A DNA stretch of 64,000 nt, taken from NCBI GenBank assembly GCA_000091205.1, contig AP006491.2; one strand, given 5' to 3'. Shown here one piece after another: positions 43,880 to 55,054 of this stretch (within the stretch, counting starts at the first letter, position 1; the number at the start of each line of letters is the position of its first letter). The translations under genes were made by a program, and so were the position numbers. Source of the DNA: Cyanidioschyzon merolae (taxonomy: Eukaryota). The notes beneath the pieces were generated by a model. It saw only the letters and a program-made list of their open reading frames with translations. It had not been told where the DNA came from and searched no databases.

Positions 43880-46417
43880 CTAAACATTCAGCGAGTCGAG
43901 TGGCGGCAGCGTAACCCCTCGCTGCTGGATCTCCTGACGCAGCTGACGCATGTAATCGATACGAGATCCGCGTAAACAGGTCTCGTAGACGATTTCGTAG
44001 ACAAGCGGCGACGGCTGGTACCCATAGCGGACACCGTATTCATGTAAAAGATTCATAGCAGTCTCGGCAGCGGCTGCCTTGCGAAGGCACTGGAACAGGG
44101 CGAAGAATGCTTGTTCGCTCGGCATAGACGCCTTGAACGGTACACCGTCGCTGGACACGCGCTCCGGCGACTCGCAACCGAGTTCACGTTCGAGCGCTCG
44201 CATCCAGTTCAGTGCCGCCTGGACGTCACCACGACTAGCCGCTAGCTCCAGCATCGCCACATATGCAGTTTCGGTCGGTTTGAGGCCAGATCCCATGCTC
44301 CGAATCCGCTCTATCGTTTTCACTGCTTGCTCCTCGTTTCCCACTTGAGCCCAGTAGCGCACCAGAAGCGACAAGGTTTCCGCGTTCAGCGACGTGCTCT
44401 CCTGGCGCTGGGCAAGGTCCTCGAGCACAGCCCGCGCCGTCGCCGCATGACCCCGATCCAAGCACAGCTTAATCAGCGCGTTCGCAACTGGAACTGAAAG
44501 CGGCATATTCCGTTCAGCCATATGGATATGGATCGAAAGCGCCCGCCGAATGTCACCGCCCGAGATACAGGCCAACATCAACTGTTGCAGCAGCGCGCTC
44601 GAGGGGCGTATGCGGCGTCGTCGAACCTCCTTGAGAACCGACATGGCACGCTCGGCTCGTTGCTCTGCGGGCGGAGCAGTGCTGACGGCACGTGCGATCG
44701 CCGTAAACACTTCCAAATCGAAGCGACACGCTGTTGCATGCAGTAAATGCTGGTAAAGGTGAAAGATAATGTCCAGGTTGAGCGCTGGCAGCGTAATGCG
44801 CTCAAAAGTGTGTCCCGCTCTGGCGGTGGAACGCAACGCCGGTTTGCGCGTTGCCCCCGCTCCGCCGGCAAGCTGCGCTTCCTGACGTCGAGCAGCTTCT
44901 GCAGCGGCATTGAAAATGTGCGCAACATCCGATGGTCGAATCCGGTAACCGAGCGCTCTCGAGTGGGCCATGACCTCGAGCGACTCGGTGACGAGGCCCT
45001 CGTCCGCGCAACGTTTCAGCAGTGTTCGCAAGAGAACGCGCGACGGCGGATGAATTCCCTTGAACGGGGCCGGTCTCTCACCCGGTCGATATTCGACAAG
45101 GAGATCGGTCGCCTCAACAATTTGTCCCAGGCGGATGGCGGCCGACATTGCACTCTCCAGAACGAGCACTGGCAGCTGGAGCAGCGGATCCACCACCGCT
45201 GTCGACGACGTCGCTGCTACGGGAGCAGCATCGCCGCTCCTAGCGGGAGCAGGAACAGACACCGCGGCTGTCTTTGTATCCACAGATTCCGGTAGCTGCC
45301 GTGCAGGTGGCACGACTTGGCCTCTATCTAGCGCCTCTTTGGATGACGCGAACTGGTCAGTGGCGGTTGTAGCCGCTGGTGCTCGCGACGTCTCCGCGAC
45401 GCGCAGACGCTGCATCACCCGTGCATAGCGCTTGAGCACTTTCGCTACTGTCCATCGAAACCAGTGCATGATGCGTTCGTCTGCAATTGGTCTCATGTGA
45501 TCGGGAAACAAGGCGACACCGAGTTCTGCAATGTATCGGAAGGCTAGGTAGCGAGCCTCACGCGTGACCTGTTCCAGTTCGGAAGCGACATTGTTTCGGG
45601 CGGCTTGCTCGAGCGCCGTCGTCATCATCCGAACGATTGCATCACTGAAGCGAAGGTATAGAGGAGCGTGCCTTTCCACACAGAGTCGAATGAACTCGGC
45701 TAGACAGCCGACGCTGGGTGCTGTTCCCGTGAGTGTTGGCAAGGCTTGCAGCAAACGAGCAGCCCCGACGAGCCCGGCCCGAGAGCGATCACAGCGCTCG
45801 ATGATTTTTTGCACCTGAGTGACCTGGGGGAACTGCGGTACGTCTGTTGCGAGTGCACGCTCCTGATATGCAGCCAGGAGTGCACGAGCACCCTGGTTGG
45901 TACCACGCCGGCGGCGCCCGTGCAAGAGCAGCTCCAGTTGCGCCCAAATGGCACTCGCTGGAGACGCTGGCTGGTTTGTTTCCAAGCGGTCAGCTGGTCC
46001 CGCTTCTGCCGCGCCTGTTCGCCGTGCTGCTTTTCTTGCTGCTTTACGCGAGGGTCGCTGCGCACGTTGCCACCAGTGGTACCATCTGGAGCCAAGTATC
46101 GTTGCCAGTGCAGCACTGTCGTCGGGCTCGGCGAGTTCACGCGCCATGGCGGCCACGGCTCTGCCGTGTTGACGGTACTTTACGCTTCGCTCGTCGCGGT
46201 GCAGGTACCGAAGCAGGTCCTGCAACTGGCGAACATCGAGTTTCGCGGGTAAGATGCCTTCATCAGCGCCACTGGAAAGCTGCTTCGCTCGCTTGGCACT
46301 CCTCGATGCACTTCGAGTCAATAAACCCGACGCCGAGGCCACGGGAAGTACTCGGGGCCAGTGCGTCACCACCAGGGACGGCAGGCCTCGACAACAACAG
46401 CGTCGCAGGACGCACAT
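43880..46417 (-). CDS. PPR/TPR-like helical-repeat protein (candidate organellar RNA-binding protein)
   Basis: 845-aa Ala/Leu/Arg-rich ORF with repeated ~35-aa helical hairpin units (e.g. AYVAMLELAASRGDVQAALNWMRAL; LLQQLMLACISGGDIRRALSIHIHM); family assignment by repeat pattern only. Confidence 0.4.
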   Translation of the reverse strand: MCVLRRCCCRGLPSLVVTHWPRVLPVASASGLLTRSASRSAKRAKQLSSGADEGILPAKLDVRQLQDLLRYLHRDERSVKYRQHGRAVAAMARELAEPDDSAALATILGSRWYHWWQRAQRPSRKAARKAARRTGAAEAGPADRLETNQPASPASAIWAQLELLLHGRRRRGTNQGARALLAAYQERALATDVPQFPQVTQVQKIIERCDRSRAGLVGAARLLQALPTLTGTAPSVGCLAEFIRLCVERHAPLYLRFSDAIVRMMTTALEQAARNNVASELEQVTREARYLAFRYIAELGVALFPDHMRPIADERIMHWFRWTVAKVLKRYARVMQRLRVAETSRAPAATTATDQFASSKEALDRGQVVPPARQLPESVDTKTAAVSVPAPARSGDAAPVAATSSTAVVDPLLQLPVLVLESAMSAAIRLGQIVEATDLLVEYRPGERPAPFKGIHPPSRVLLRTLLKRCADEGLVTESLEVMAHSRALGYRIRPSDVAHIFNAAAEAARRQEAQLAGGAGATRKPALRSTARAGHTFERITLPALNLDIIFHLYQHLLHATACRFDLEVFTAIARAVSTAPPAEQRAERAMSVLKEVRRRRIRPSSALLQQLMLACISGGDIRRALSIHIHMAERNMPLSVPVANALIKLCLDRGHAATARAVLEDLAQRQESTSLNAETLSLLVRYWAQVGNEEQAVKTIERIRSMGSGLKPTETAYVAMLELAASRGDVQAALNWMRALERELGCESPERVSSDGVPFKASMPSEQAFFALFQCLRKAAAAETAMNLLHEYGVRYGYQPSPLVYEIVYETCLRGSRIDYMRQLRQEIQQRGVTLPPLDSLNV

Positions 46418-47556
46418 GTTCAGGCTTGAGCCGGAACCGGCTCAGTGCATGCCGCTCTCGTCGCACAGCGCATAGAGAGGTCACCGGAGACCTCGCAGGG
46501 TGGCACGCGCCACACCCGTTGACGACCCGTTTCGCACGCCCGCTCGCTGTGAAAAGTTGACGGCACGCGCTGCTGCGGTGCGTTGCGCTCCCGCAGTCCA
46601 CAGCGCAGTCCAGCGGTCCACTTGGTTGCGAGACTGCTCTGTTCTGGGCACGAGACCCATATCGAAGAGAGATAGAACGGGTACTAGTTTATTAACTCGA
46701 GTGTACACACTAATATTTGAATATCTTCCAACGATTATCAACTTTGGTATTTGTAGGCGCTTTCTGTGGCACCCTCCTTTGCTTCCCTCGCATCTCCGAA
46801 TGGACATAGGGCAATCTTTCCTGCATCGCTGGCTCTGTTGTCAGCAGTCGATGGATGTTGATGGCAGCGTGCAAGTCGGGTATTCTCCGATTCTGGCTCA
46901 TGCGGAAGCATTGAATGCACCGGTGGTAGCCATGAAATCGGGACGCGAATGCGATCATCAGTACGCATCGACTGTTGGCAACGTAACGGACTTGGCTCGC
47001 GTGACCCGCGCCTGCGGGAAGCCGGACATTAGAGCGGAGAAAGGAGTATCCGACGCAGAACAAGGCCGCAAACGCTGATGCTGAATGACAGAGGAAAGAA
47101 ATACAAACATTAGATTGTACACTCGAGTTCGTGAAGTGGTGCCCAGCCCATTCCACGCCCGCGTTGGTGTAAAAAGTCGAAAAATCTATGCGATGGACGC
47201 AGTAGCAGCTGCGTTCGTAGACACCTCGACTGGGTGCCTGAACGGTCGTGCAGAAGCGTCCATTTGGAGATCATCTGGATCCCTGTACAAACAAGTCATT
47301 TAAGTACACTATTGTAATCACTGAGTCATCTTGGACTCGAGCGTACCACACCCGCGAGCGACGCCCTGATGCGCCCGCGCAGTCGGAGCGCAGGCAGCGA
47401 TTGGTGCAGGGATTCGCAAGCAATGGACGCAAATCACTTTGCTGCTCATCGCTTCCGGAAGTATCGTTGGTGGACGCAACTGCACGATAGTGTCCGGCTG
47501 CCAGCGTACATCTATCGAGGAAGCATTGCGCCTTTTTCATTTGATTAACTATTCAT

Positions 47557-49092
47557 ATGGGCGTTAACTGGCGTTTACCAGAGACCAGAGCTTTTGTCGT
47601 AAGCTCTGCACCGGTTTCACGCGCTGCAAGCAGGTCACCGTGTACCATGGGCAACCGCTTCTCGAGTTGGGTCTGGTCTGTCGCTCCGCTGCGTTTCTTG
47701 CGCTATCCATTGACGTCGCGGCGTTCTCTGGAAACCCGTATGAGCCAGCAGGATAGCGGACGGTCCTTTTCGGTTCATCGCACAGGCGAGCGCGCGAGCT
47801 CGAGCGTCGCCACTGCGGAGCGGATTCAGCGGCGTCCGATCGAGGTTGAGCCTCAAGGCGACGATATCGAACCGCCGGAGGGATTTATCGCACCGGAACC
47901 GCGGTTGTTTCGCGTGCGAAATGATCACTTTATGGACTTTTTCACCGGGGCGTTAGCAAGTCTCGTCCGTGGCGGTAGCGGCGCCTTTGTAACTGGTTAC
48001 CGTCTACGCATCCGCGACAACGCACAGGCCCCAGCGCGTTCATCATATGAAACAGGGGATCGGTACGGTACGACGACGAGCACGACGTCAAGCGAGCGTG
48101 ACGTTGGTGCACAGATGCTGGAGCGTCTCTATGCACGAATCGAGGAGTCGTCGGCGTTTCTGCCGGCGTCGCGCCCGGCGGCAGGCACGCTCAAGCTGTA
48201 CGAGTTCGAGGCGTGTCCGTTCTGTCGCAAAGTTCGCGAGGCCATGTCAGCGCTCGATCTGGATGTACTCATGTTTCCGTGTCCGAAAGGCGGTGAGCGA
48301 TACCGTCCGTTTGTGCAGCAACGCGGTGGCAAGGCCCAGTTTCCATTCCTCATCGATGAGAATACCGGGTTTGAAGGATACGAATCGGATGCGATCATCC
48401 AGTATCTGTTCAAGACGTACGGTGATGGGCGTGTGCCGCTGCCGTTGGCGCTGGGGCCGGTCACGAACGTCAGCGCCGGCATGGCTACCATGATGCGCGC
48501 GGGGCGGGGCATGCGCAAGGCGGGTCCATGTGCGGTGCCGCGATATGCGCTGGAGCTCTGGGCCTACGAAGCATCGCCGTTTTCGAAACTTGTTCGGGAG
48601 CGTCTCGTTGAGTACGAGTTGCCTTACGTGCTGCATAACGCAGCGCGGGGCTCTGTGAACCGAGAAGTGCTGCGCAACCTCACCGGGCGCGTTCAAGTAC
48701 CGTACTTGATTGACCCGAACACGGGCATTTCCATGTTCGAATCTGCTGAGATCCTCGATTACCTCGATATGACGTATGGTCCGAATAGCAAGAATGTTGG
48801 CAAGCGCAGGAATCGCTCTAGCAGCACTGGGCTGAGTTCCAGTGCACCGCACCAGCAGACGAAGGCCACTGGAACCGCATCGGCAGCGATGGGCGTAGAT
48901 GCCTCGGCTGCCGCCACTGCAACTGGTGCAGCGGCAACCGCGGTTGCATCCACTGGTAGCAGCAGTACCGCATCTGAATCCAAGCCAACGAATCTGAATC
49001 CGGATATTACGCCCAAGGACGAGAAGCTGGAAGCGTACTGCGCAGATCCTCAGAATGTAGACTCGGATGAATGCCGCGTCTATGATGATTAG
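47557..49092 (+). CDS. Tandem glutaredoxin-2/GST-N (thioredoxin-fold) domain protein
   Basis: Two GST-N/Grx2-like modules (LKLYEFEACPFCRKVREAM...FPFLIDENTGFEGYESDAIIQYLFKTYG and LELWAYEASPFSKLVRERL...VPYLIDPNTGISMFESAEILDYLDMTYG); Ser/Thr/Ala-rich C-terminus. Alternative starts are MGVNWR (47557) and MGNRFSS (47647), the latter resembling an N-myristoylation site. Confidence 0.55.
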   Translation: MGVNWRLPETRAFVVSSAPVSRAASRSPCTMGNRFSSWVWSVAPLRFLRYPLTSRRSLETRMSQQDSGRSFSVHRTGERASSSVATAERIQRRPIEVEPQGDDIEPPEGFIAPEPRLFRVRNDHFMDFFTGALASLVRGGSGAFVTGYRLRIRDNAQAPARSSYETGDRYGTTTSTTSSERDVGAQMLERLYARIEESSAFLPASRPAAGTLKLYEFEACPFCRKVREAMSALDLDVLMFPCPKGGERYRPFVQQRGGKAQFPFLIDENTGFEGYESDAIIQYLFKTYGDGRVPLPLALGPVTNVSAGMATMMRAGRGMRKAGPCAVPRYALELWAYEASPFSKLVRERLVEYELPYVLHNAARGSVNREVLRNLTGRVQVPYLIDPNTGISMFESAEILDYLDMTYGPNSKNVGKRRNRSSSTGLSSSAPHQQTKATGTASAAMGVDASAAATATGAAATAVASTGSSSTASESKPTNLNPDITPKDEKLEAYCADPQNVDSDECRVYDD

Positions 49093-49844
49093 CGACTGCC
49101 GTGCGATCTCGCACCGTTGTGACTTGGGGTCTTTCGGTGAAGCCAAACTACCCTAAAGGTCGGTGTATATCAACGATTCCCGAGTCTGGATGAGCACTGC
49201 CCCAGCGGACGCCTGCTTGAACTCCGGATCGCGGGGTCCGTTCGGGTCCTGCTCGCTCGGGCTTGTCGCAAGGAAGTTGCAGGTAACCCGGAATGATCGC
49301 ATCCTCGTGATGCGTACGGGATTAGCTGGCGTGCCCAGTGTCGTAGAGAAACCAGGTGCTCTCACAGGGATGCCAAGATACGCCAAGATACCGCAGCGTT
49401 CACGATCGCTGCATCAGGACACCATCAGGTTTCTCTCCTGAGCCGAGCATTCACGGCAAGTTGATGCGCTGGGCTACGGCTTGCAAGGCGATTCAGCACG
49501 TACGTTGAGCGCATTGCGTATGCTGATGTCAAAGCGACGCCCTGGCTGCAGGGTCAGAGTTCGATGCACGTGCGCGTGCTGCTGCGCTTGCAGCGCAGGG
49601 AGACTTCCATCAAGTTACCTGCGGCCTCGCTTACTATTCATAGCACCATACTTGATGCGCAGATACACGATATGCACACGGCGCTCAGATATGTTCAACG
49701 TTCTACGCCGATGGCGCCGCGTTGTGCTGTGCAATTCTTCACGAAAGTGGTAAGCAGCACGGTGTTGAGCAGCATACAAGAGTGCCATCGACGCTGCCAT
49801 TGGCAGCGTCGATGGATCCATGCAGTGCAGTGATGCGGTTCACG

Positions 49845-49845
49845 G

Positions 49846-49882
<37 letters not shown>

Positions 49883-49890
49883 TGCATCAG
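49845..49890. repeat. (GCT)n microsatellite
   Basis: ctgctgctgctgctgctgctgctgctg read directly. Confidence 0.9.
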
Positions 49891-50039
49891 GGTGTGAAAA
49901 TGCCGCTTCAGGGAAGCTACCGCTGTGCTCCTCGATCTTGAAGCATATGTGGACACTAAAACGATAAACGCTCGGCAAACCGTAGCGTGCATAGAGACAC
50001 CCAGTCACAAACGCTTCCCAGCAAAAATTGCCAGCTGCC

Positions 50040-50260
50040 TGTTGTCGACTTCAGGTTATCCAGGAGCAGAACGAGCCTCAGAGGCTGCACCACAAGTTTG
50101 GATTGCGACAGCGCCTCGAGTCCCGTCTTCGGCACCGCACATTTTTCGGATATGAATGGCGGCGTCCGGGTTGCGGTTCGCGACCTCCATGCGTTTTTTG
50201 CCTCTGGTTCAACGCCTTAACGCAAGGATTGCTAGAACTCGTGCCCTATGTGCTACTACA
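50040..50260 (-). pseudogene. Highly degenerate TnpB/Fanzor-like RuvC-III remnant
   Basis: Reverse-complement translation gives GKKRMEVANRNPDAAIHIRKMCGAEDGTRGAVAIQ, parallel to MEFVNRDFNAASNIRRCAVMAKRAPELTRVNF. The adjacent DNA (50196-50250) is ~75% identical to 36640-36690, the equivalent part of the 36580 copy. Frameshifts are present. Confidence 0.35.
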
Positions 50261-50664
50261 GTCTCGTCATCGTCCCATCGGACAAACATCGGTCCTCTCC
50301 TATCTCTCGTCTCCATCTTCTTCTTCTTCGTTACTTGCTCCTCTCTGCTATATGGTCAGCGACACGAGGATTTTTTCTTTTTGTTTCTGTTGAATCCAGC
50401 GACATCGAATCCTCTGGGATCCGCGACTTCTACGTCCATACATTTCCCCTGGATTTCCATTTCTTCAAATCAAGGCACTTGCATTGCGTCAGCTATAGTA
50501 CGCGAAATAGCATCTGACGACACGCACCTCAGCGTGGCGCCTCGTGGAAATGAACGCTTGTAGAAAGAATCGGCGTGCGAACGTATCGACTCGGTGGCGT
50601 AGACGCCGTCGCTGGCGCTCCGGTTAGCCGGCGTCGCGCAGCAGCGCCTGCGCCACATGAGCTT

Positions 50665-51180
50665 TCCGCTCCCGGGAATCGACATAAACGTTGTCTGGGG
50701 TACGCTAAGATTACCGTTGCTCTGCTCCTGATTTCTGTATTTCTGTATCTGGGAATTTGCGTATTCGCGTATCGGGGAATCGACATAAACGTTGTCTGGG
50801 ACACGCGTAGATTACCGCTGCTCTGCTCCTGATTTCTGTATTTCTGTATCTGCGAATTTGCGTATTTGCGTATCGGGGAATCGACACAAACGTTGTCTGG
50901 GACACGCGTAGATTACCGTTGCTCTGCTCCTGATTTCTGTATTTCTGTATCTGCGAATTTGCGTATTTGCGTATCGGGGAATCGACACAAACATTGTCTG
51001 GGGTACGCTAAGATTACCGTTGCTCTGCTCCTGATTTCTGTATTTCTGTATCTGCGAATTTGCGTATTTGCGTATCGGGGAATCGACATAAACGTTGTCT
51101 GGGGTACGCCTAGATTACCGTTGCTCCGCTCCTGATTTCTGTATTTCTGTATCTGCGAATTTGCGTATTTGCGTATCGCC
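50665..51180. repeat. Minisatellite, ~100-110-bp unit x ~5
   Basis: Repeating unit gggaatcgacataaacgttgtctgggg/acacgc(g/t)tagattaccgttgctctgctcctgatttctgtatttctgtatctgcgaatttgcgtatttgcgtatcg, with a few SNPs between copies. Confidence 0.85.
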
Positions 51181-51939
51181 AGGGTCGAGCGAGTATGCTA
51201 CCCAAGCATCCGAGGGTGCACGACAGCGCAGGCACCGATGCTACCTGCCACGTCACCGCGCTGACCTGATGCAGACCGGTACGCCTCCTCAAGCAGGCAG
51301 CCTTGCGCACACAAATCACCGTCGCAGGCTGGCGGTATTGATCGAGCTCTGTTTCCCAACGGACTGCACAACGGGTGTACTCCGAATATGACGCCCGTGT
51401 CGCTAGCGCATATGGAGCTCGGAGAACGACATGGATTCGCTAGCGTCTGCAGACGGCCTCTCAGCAGGGTCCAGCATATATGCACGTTGACAATCAGGGA
51501 TTCGCGCCAGGGCAGGTGCGTGCACCGTCGGCACGCCTGCTGCTTCATCTACCTATTTGGCTGCGTTTTCAGCGCAGATGCTAGCACAATTTAAGCCACA
51601 CGCGTTGCCTGATGCGCACACAATGTAGCAGCGGGTGCAATGCATTCATTAGCACCCTGAATGTTATCCAGGAACCTGGCGAGTACGCCCACTTGCCCAG
51701 TCCTGTTCATCGGCACGCCAGCGACTGGAATCTTTCGTAGCGCCGCAGCGCTCGACGCGAGTCGATACGGAAGGCGCGCATCGCCTGTGCATACGCTGCA
51801 TGGACCTGTGAGCGTTGCGTCTGTTTTTGCTTCGTGAGGCTTTGTGTACACCGCCTGCGTACGCTCTAGACACCGCCTGAGTGTGCCTTGCGTGCCCCGC
51901 GACGTGCGTCCACAGCCGACTCGGACACAGCGTCTACAT

Positions 51940-52320
51940 ATGGCACCGGACGCGTTCCCTGGGCGACGTTTCTCGGCGGAGCACTCGATTCGAGTCGCTG
52001 CCGCTTTCATAGGCATTAGCTTTGTGCTAGCGTACGCGTTGCGAGAGTGGATCCGCTCGTCGCCGAAACTGGTTCTCGCGACTGGCGTTTTGGCGTCCCT
52101 GTGGTCAGTCTACACGCTCAGTCTGTGCAGCGCCTGCCGCGTAGCGCTGTTCAGCACTGCAAACGAACGCCGTCGCACGAAGCCGCTGGGGTGGATCGCC
52201 ACCGTACTAAGTGGGGCGTTCGGAGGTCTGCTTGGTTCCCGAATCCACGCGGTCTGCTTCACCACTTCGGTGTTGCTGTACGCGGTCTGGGTCTGGGAGC
52301 TACAGATACCAGAGCAGTGA
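51940..52320 (+). CDS. Hypothetical small 4-TM membrane protein
   Basis: ORF with four hydrophobic helices (VAAAFIGISFVLAYAL; LVLATGVLASLWSVYTLSL; WIATVLSGAFGGLLGS; VCFTTSVLLYAVWVW), from the internal Met MAPDAF. No homology recognised. Confidence 0.25.
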   Translation: MAPDAFPGRRFSAEHSIRVAAAFIGISFVLAYALREWIRSSPKLVLATGVLASLWSVYTLSLCSACRVALFSTANERRRTKPLGWIATVLSGAFGGLLGSRIHAVCFTTSVLLYAVWVWELQIPEQ

Positions 52321-52992
52321 CGCTTGAATACAGCAGCGCGCAGCGCGTGCGCCCTCATGCCAACCTTCAAAAGAAGCACCGGCCGATGCTGGAGCGGCTT
52401 TGCAACTTGCGCTTGCACAGCCCGAGTCTGGACTGACTTGCCGATCGGGATAGTGCCTATAGCTGCAGGCATGGGAACACTGTCCCCGCGGTTCACGATG
52501 GTGCGTTCGAAGCTTGCGTCGCCAGGCTGCAACTGCAGCGTCCCGGGCCACTCAGCGGATTGCGCTTCCGCTACGTATCCGGAGCGGGACCAGGCTGAGG
52601 ACGCGGAAACACCGGGCGCCGCCAGCGTCTCCCAGTCTAGACACCAAGTTGTTCCATTCAGGGAAAGCTGGCCGTGTTCGCAGTGAGCGCGATGAGCGTT
52701 TGCGACGCTTTCGCCATGGAGCGCTGCGGGCGAGTCAGCACTAGGACGCAGAGACGAATCCCAGTGCAACCAGGAGCTGGGATGCGTTTCGTCGATGCGG
52801 CATGGACTTCTGCATCGACAGGGACGGCGAATGGGGACCGTTTCGTTTGATTTATAGCCTTCTGCGCTTATGATGCACGACTCGTATGATGCCACGCGGC
52901 ACACTCGATGCTTCCTGGTAACTGGGGACGCGATCAATTCGACCTAAAGCGCATCGGGTGACCGACATTCCGCCGCCAGCCAGTGCACGGTA

Positions 52993-54666
52993 CTAAAACG
53001 TTGCAGAGTCCTCTAGGTCGTCGTCCGGCAACGCCACGAGATCTCTGTACCCGCTCAACAAATCCGCGAAGCGTTGCCGCTGCCGAATGATGCGCCAACG
53101 ATTACCCTGAACCATGAGCTCGCCCGGTAGCACCTTCATATTGTAGTTGCTCGCCATGGACATGCAGTATGCTCCGCTGTCCATTACAGCGAGACCCGTG
53201 CCGGGTGCGGGTAGCGGAAGCACCCGCGCTTTTCCCAAGAAATCACTCGATTCGCAGACTGGCCCCACGATGTCGTATGTCGCCATTTGCTCGCCGGCTA
53301 CTCCGGGCTCAGTCAGGGTGATCAACTGGTACGCTCCGTACAGCGCTGGTCGAATCAGCTCCGCCATCGATCCGTCGACGACGATGAAGCGCTTATCGCC
53401 ATTCCGTTTGACTCCAATGACCCTACACACCAGGATGCCGGCATTCCCAATGAGGGAACGCCCCGGCTCAATGATGAGGGTTAGGTCGCGTCCCGCTAAA
53501 CACGGCCGAATCGCATCGATGAGCTCCTGCGGGGTCGGGATGCGTTCGCCTTTCCGCTCATAATCGATCCCGAGACCACCACCGATATTCAGGAAGCGAA
53601 TACTGTGGAAACCACGTGCACTGATTTCGTCGATCACTTGAAGCATGGTCACAACATTGTCGTGAAAAAGTTCCACTTTTTTGATGGTGGACCCCAGATG
53701 CGAATGGACACCGACCAGCTCGACCTGTGCTTCATTTTGTCTGATTCGATCCAGAAACCAGCGCAGTTGATCGGTGCGAATACCAAACTTGCTCGTTGCA
53801 AGCCCAGTGCTCACATACGGATGCACCTGGGGATCGATGTCAGGGTTGATGCGGAGCAGGACGCGTGCCTTGCGTCCTTCGCGCTTCGCCGCCGCTAAAA
53901 TATTCTCGAGATCGAACTCCGAGTCGACGTTGATGAGACACTCTGCTCGAACGGCAAGGGCGATTTCCTGAGGCGTTTTCCCGTTTCCGTTGAAGACCGT
54001 GCGTCGCATATCGAAGCCGGCGAGTCGCGCTAGGCGCAGTTCGTTGCCACTCACCAGAACTGCCCCACATCCGCGTTCACGCACAAGCTGCATAATCATC
54101 AAGTTGTTGTTGGCCTTGACAGCGTAGCCGATGATGGCATCCATACCTGCCAGCGCTTCCTGGTACGCTCGCACGTTCGCCTCAATGCGGCTCTGCGAGT
54201 AGAGGTAGAATGGCGATGCCTCAGGTCCCAGGGCGTCTTGAATGTCCTTCACGCGCACCTCCTCGCAGTACAGGAACCCGTCGCTTCCCACTTCGAACTG
54301 GGGTGCTGGATTCTGCACCGCAGGCGCTGCAACGACCTGCATTCGAAGCAGCTGCGAGGCCTGCAGGCCGCTAGACGAGGCTTGACTCTCGACGCCGTGA
54401 AAAGGTCGACGGCACCAAGCCCCGATCGTCCTCCGTCGCCGTCGTGAGCACGCACCCGACCCCAGACGCAACCAAGACGCCGACGCCTTGGCGTATACTC
54501 CTACTGCAAACATAGCCGCCCGAAGCAAGTCCAGTGCGGCTATAAAACGAACGTTGTGACGAGTTGGAAGCGTAGGCACACGCGTCCTGCCGTGTCTACC
54601 AAAAGCGAAATTTGCGCTGCGGGTGCGCGGCGCCGGTTTTTTTTTCATTGGACAAAAGGTTGCCAC
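52993..54666 (-). CDS. lysA: Diaminopimelate decarboxylase (LysA; PLP-dependent Orn/DAP/Arg decarboxylase family) with N-terminal extension
   Basis: PFYLYSQSRIEANVRAYQEAL...IGYAVKANNNLMIMQLV (PLP Lys in YAVKAN), GSG..VVSGNEL, HSHLGSTI, GGGLGIDY, and the C-terminal beta-barrel EPGRSLIGNAGILVCRVIGVK...CESSD. 557 aa. Confidence 0.8.
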   Translation of the reverse strand: MATFCPMKKKPAPRTRSANFAFGRHGRTRVPTLPTRHNVRFIAALDLLRAAMFAVGVYAKASASWLRLGSGACSRRRRRTIGAWCRRPFHGVESQASSSGLQASQLLRMQVVAAPAVQNPAPQFEVGSDGFLYCEEVRVKDIQDALGPEASPFYLYSQSRIEANVRAYQEALAGMDAIIGYAVKANNNLMIMQLVRERGCGAVLVSGNELRLARLAGFDMRRTVFNGNGKTPQEIALAVRAECLINVDSEFDLENILAAAKREGRKARVLLRINPDIDPQVHPYVSTGLATSKFGIRTDQLRWFLDRIRQNEAQVELVGVHSHLGSTIKKVELFHDNVVTMLQVIDEISARGFHSIRFLNIGGGLGIDYERKGERIPTPQELIDAIRPCLAGRDLTLIIEPGRSLIGNAGILVCRVIGVKRNGDKRFIVVDGSMAELIRPALYGAYQLITLTEPGVAGEQMATYDIVGPVCESSDFLGKARVLPLPAPGTGLAVMDSGAYCMSMASNYNMKVLPGELMVQGNRWRIIRQRQRFADLLSGYRDLVALPDDDLEDSATF

Positions 54667-54764
54667 AGGCCAGCGATCCCCGACTAGGCCTTTTTATCAG
54701 CACGCGGTGAAGCAGCCATCGATCCACGCCCTACTTCCAAGTTCCAAAACCCATAGATCTTCTC

Positions 54765-54810
54765 GGGTATGCTGGTGGTTTCATAATGTCTATCGTACGC
54801 CGAGCCTGCC
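54765..54810. repeat. ~45-bp dispersed repeat copy (left boundary of the AT-rich island)
   Basis: gctggtggtttcataatgtctatcgtacgccgagcctgccgtgagcg is ~75% identical to 57676-57722 (tctggtcgtttcatacgtcctagcatgtgccgagcctaccgaaagcg). Confidence 0.5.
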
Positions 54811-55054
54811 GTGAGCGTTTAAAATAGCGCGTAAAGCACCTCTGCAGTCGTGGCACGGAGACAGAACTGGGTTGCCATACCAGAGAGGGCGTCGGCTCGA
54901 GACCAAGCTCATCCATGCCAAAGCACACTAAGCCTATCCGAAACTGCGCCCTTGACCACCACCACCACCAGCAGCAGCAGCAGCAGCAGCCGCGAACGCT
55001 TTCCAAGCATCAAACGCTGCATAACCGGTGCACAGTAGCGGCGACCGACGCGAC

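Noticed and set aside
50665-51180. Regular ~105-bp repeat array considered as a CRISPR-like array
   Set aside because: Units are contiguous and near-identical with no unique spacers. The genome is eukaryotic. This is a minisatellite.
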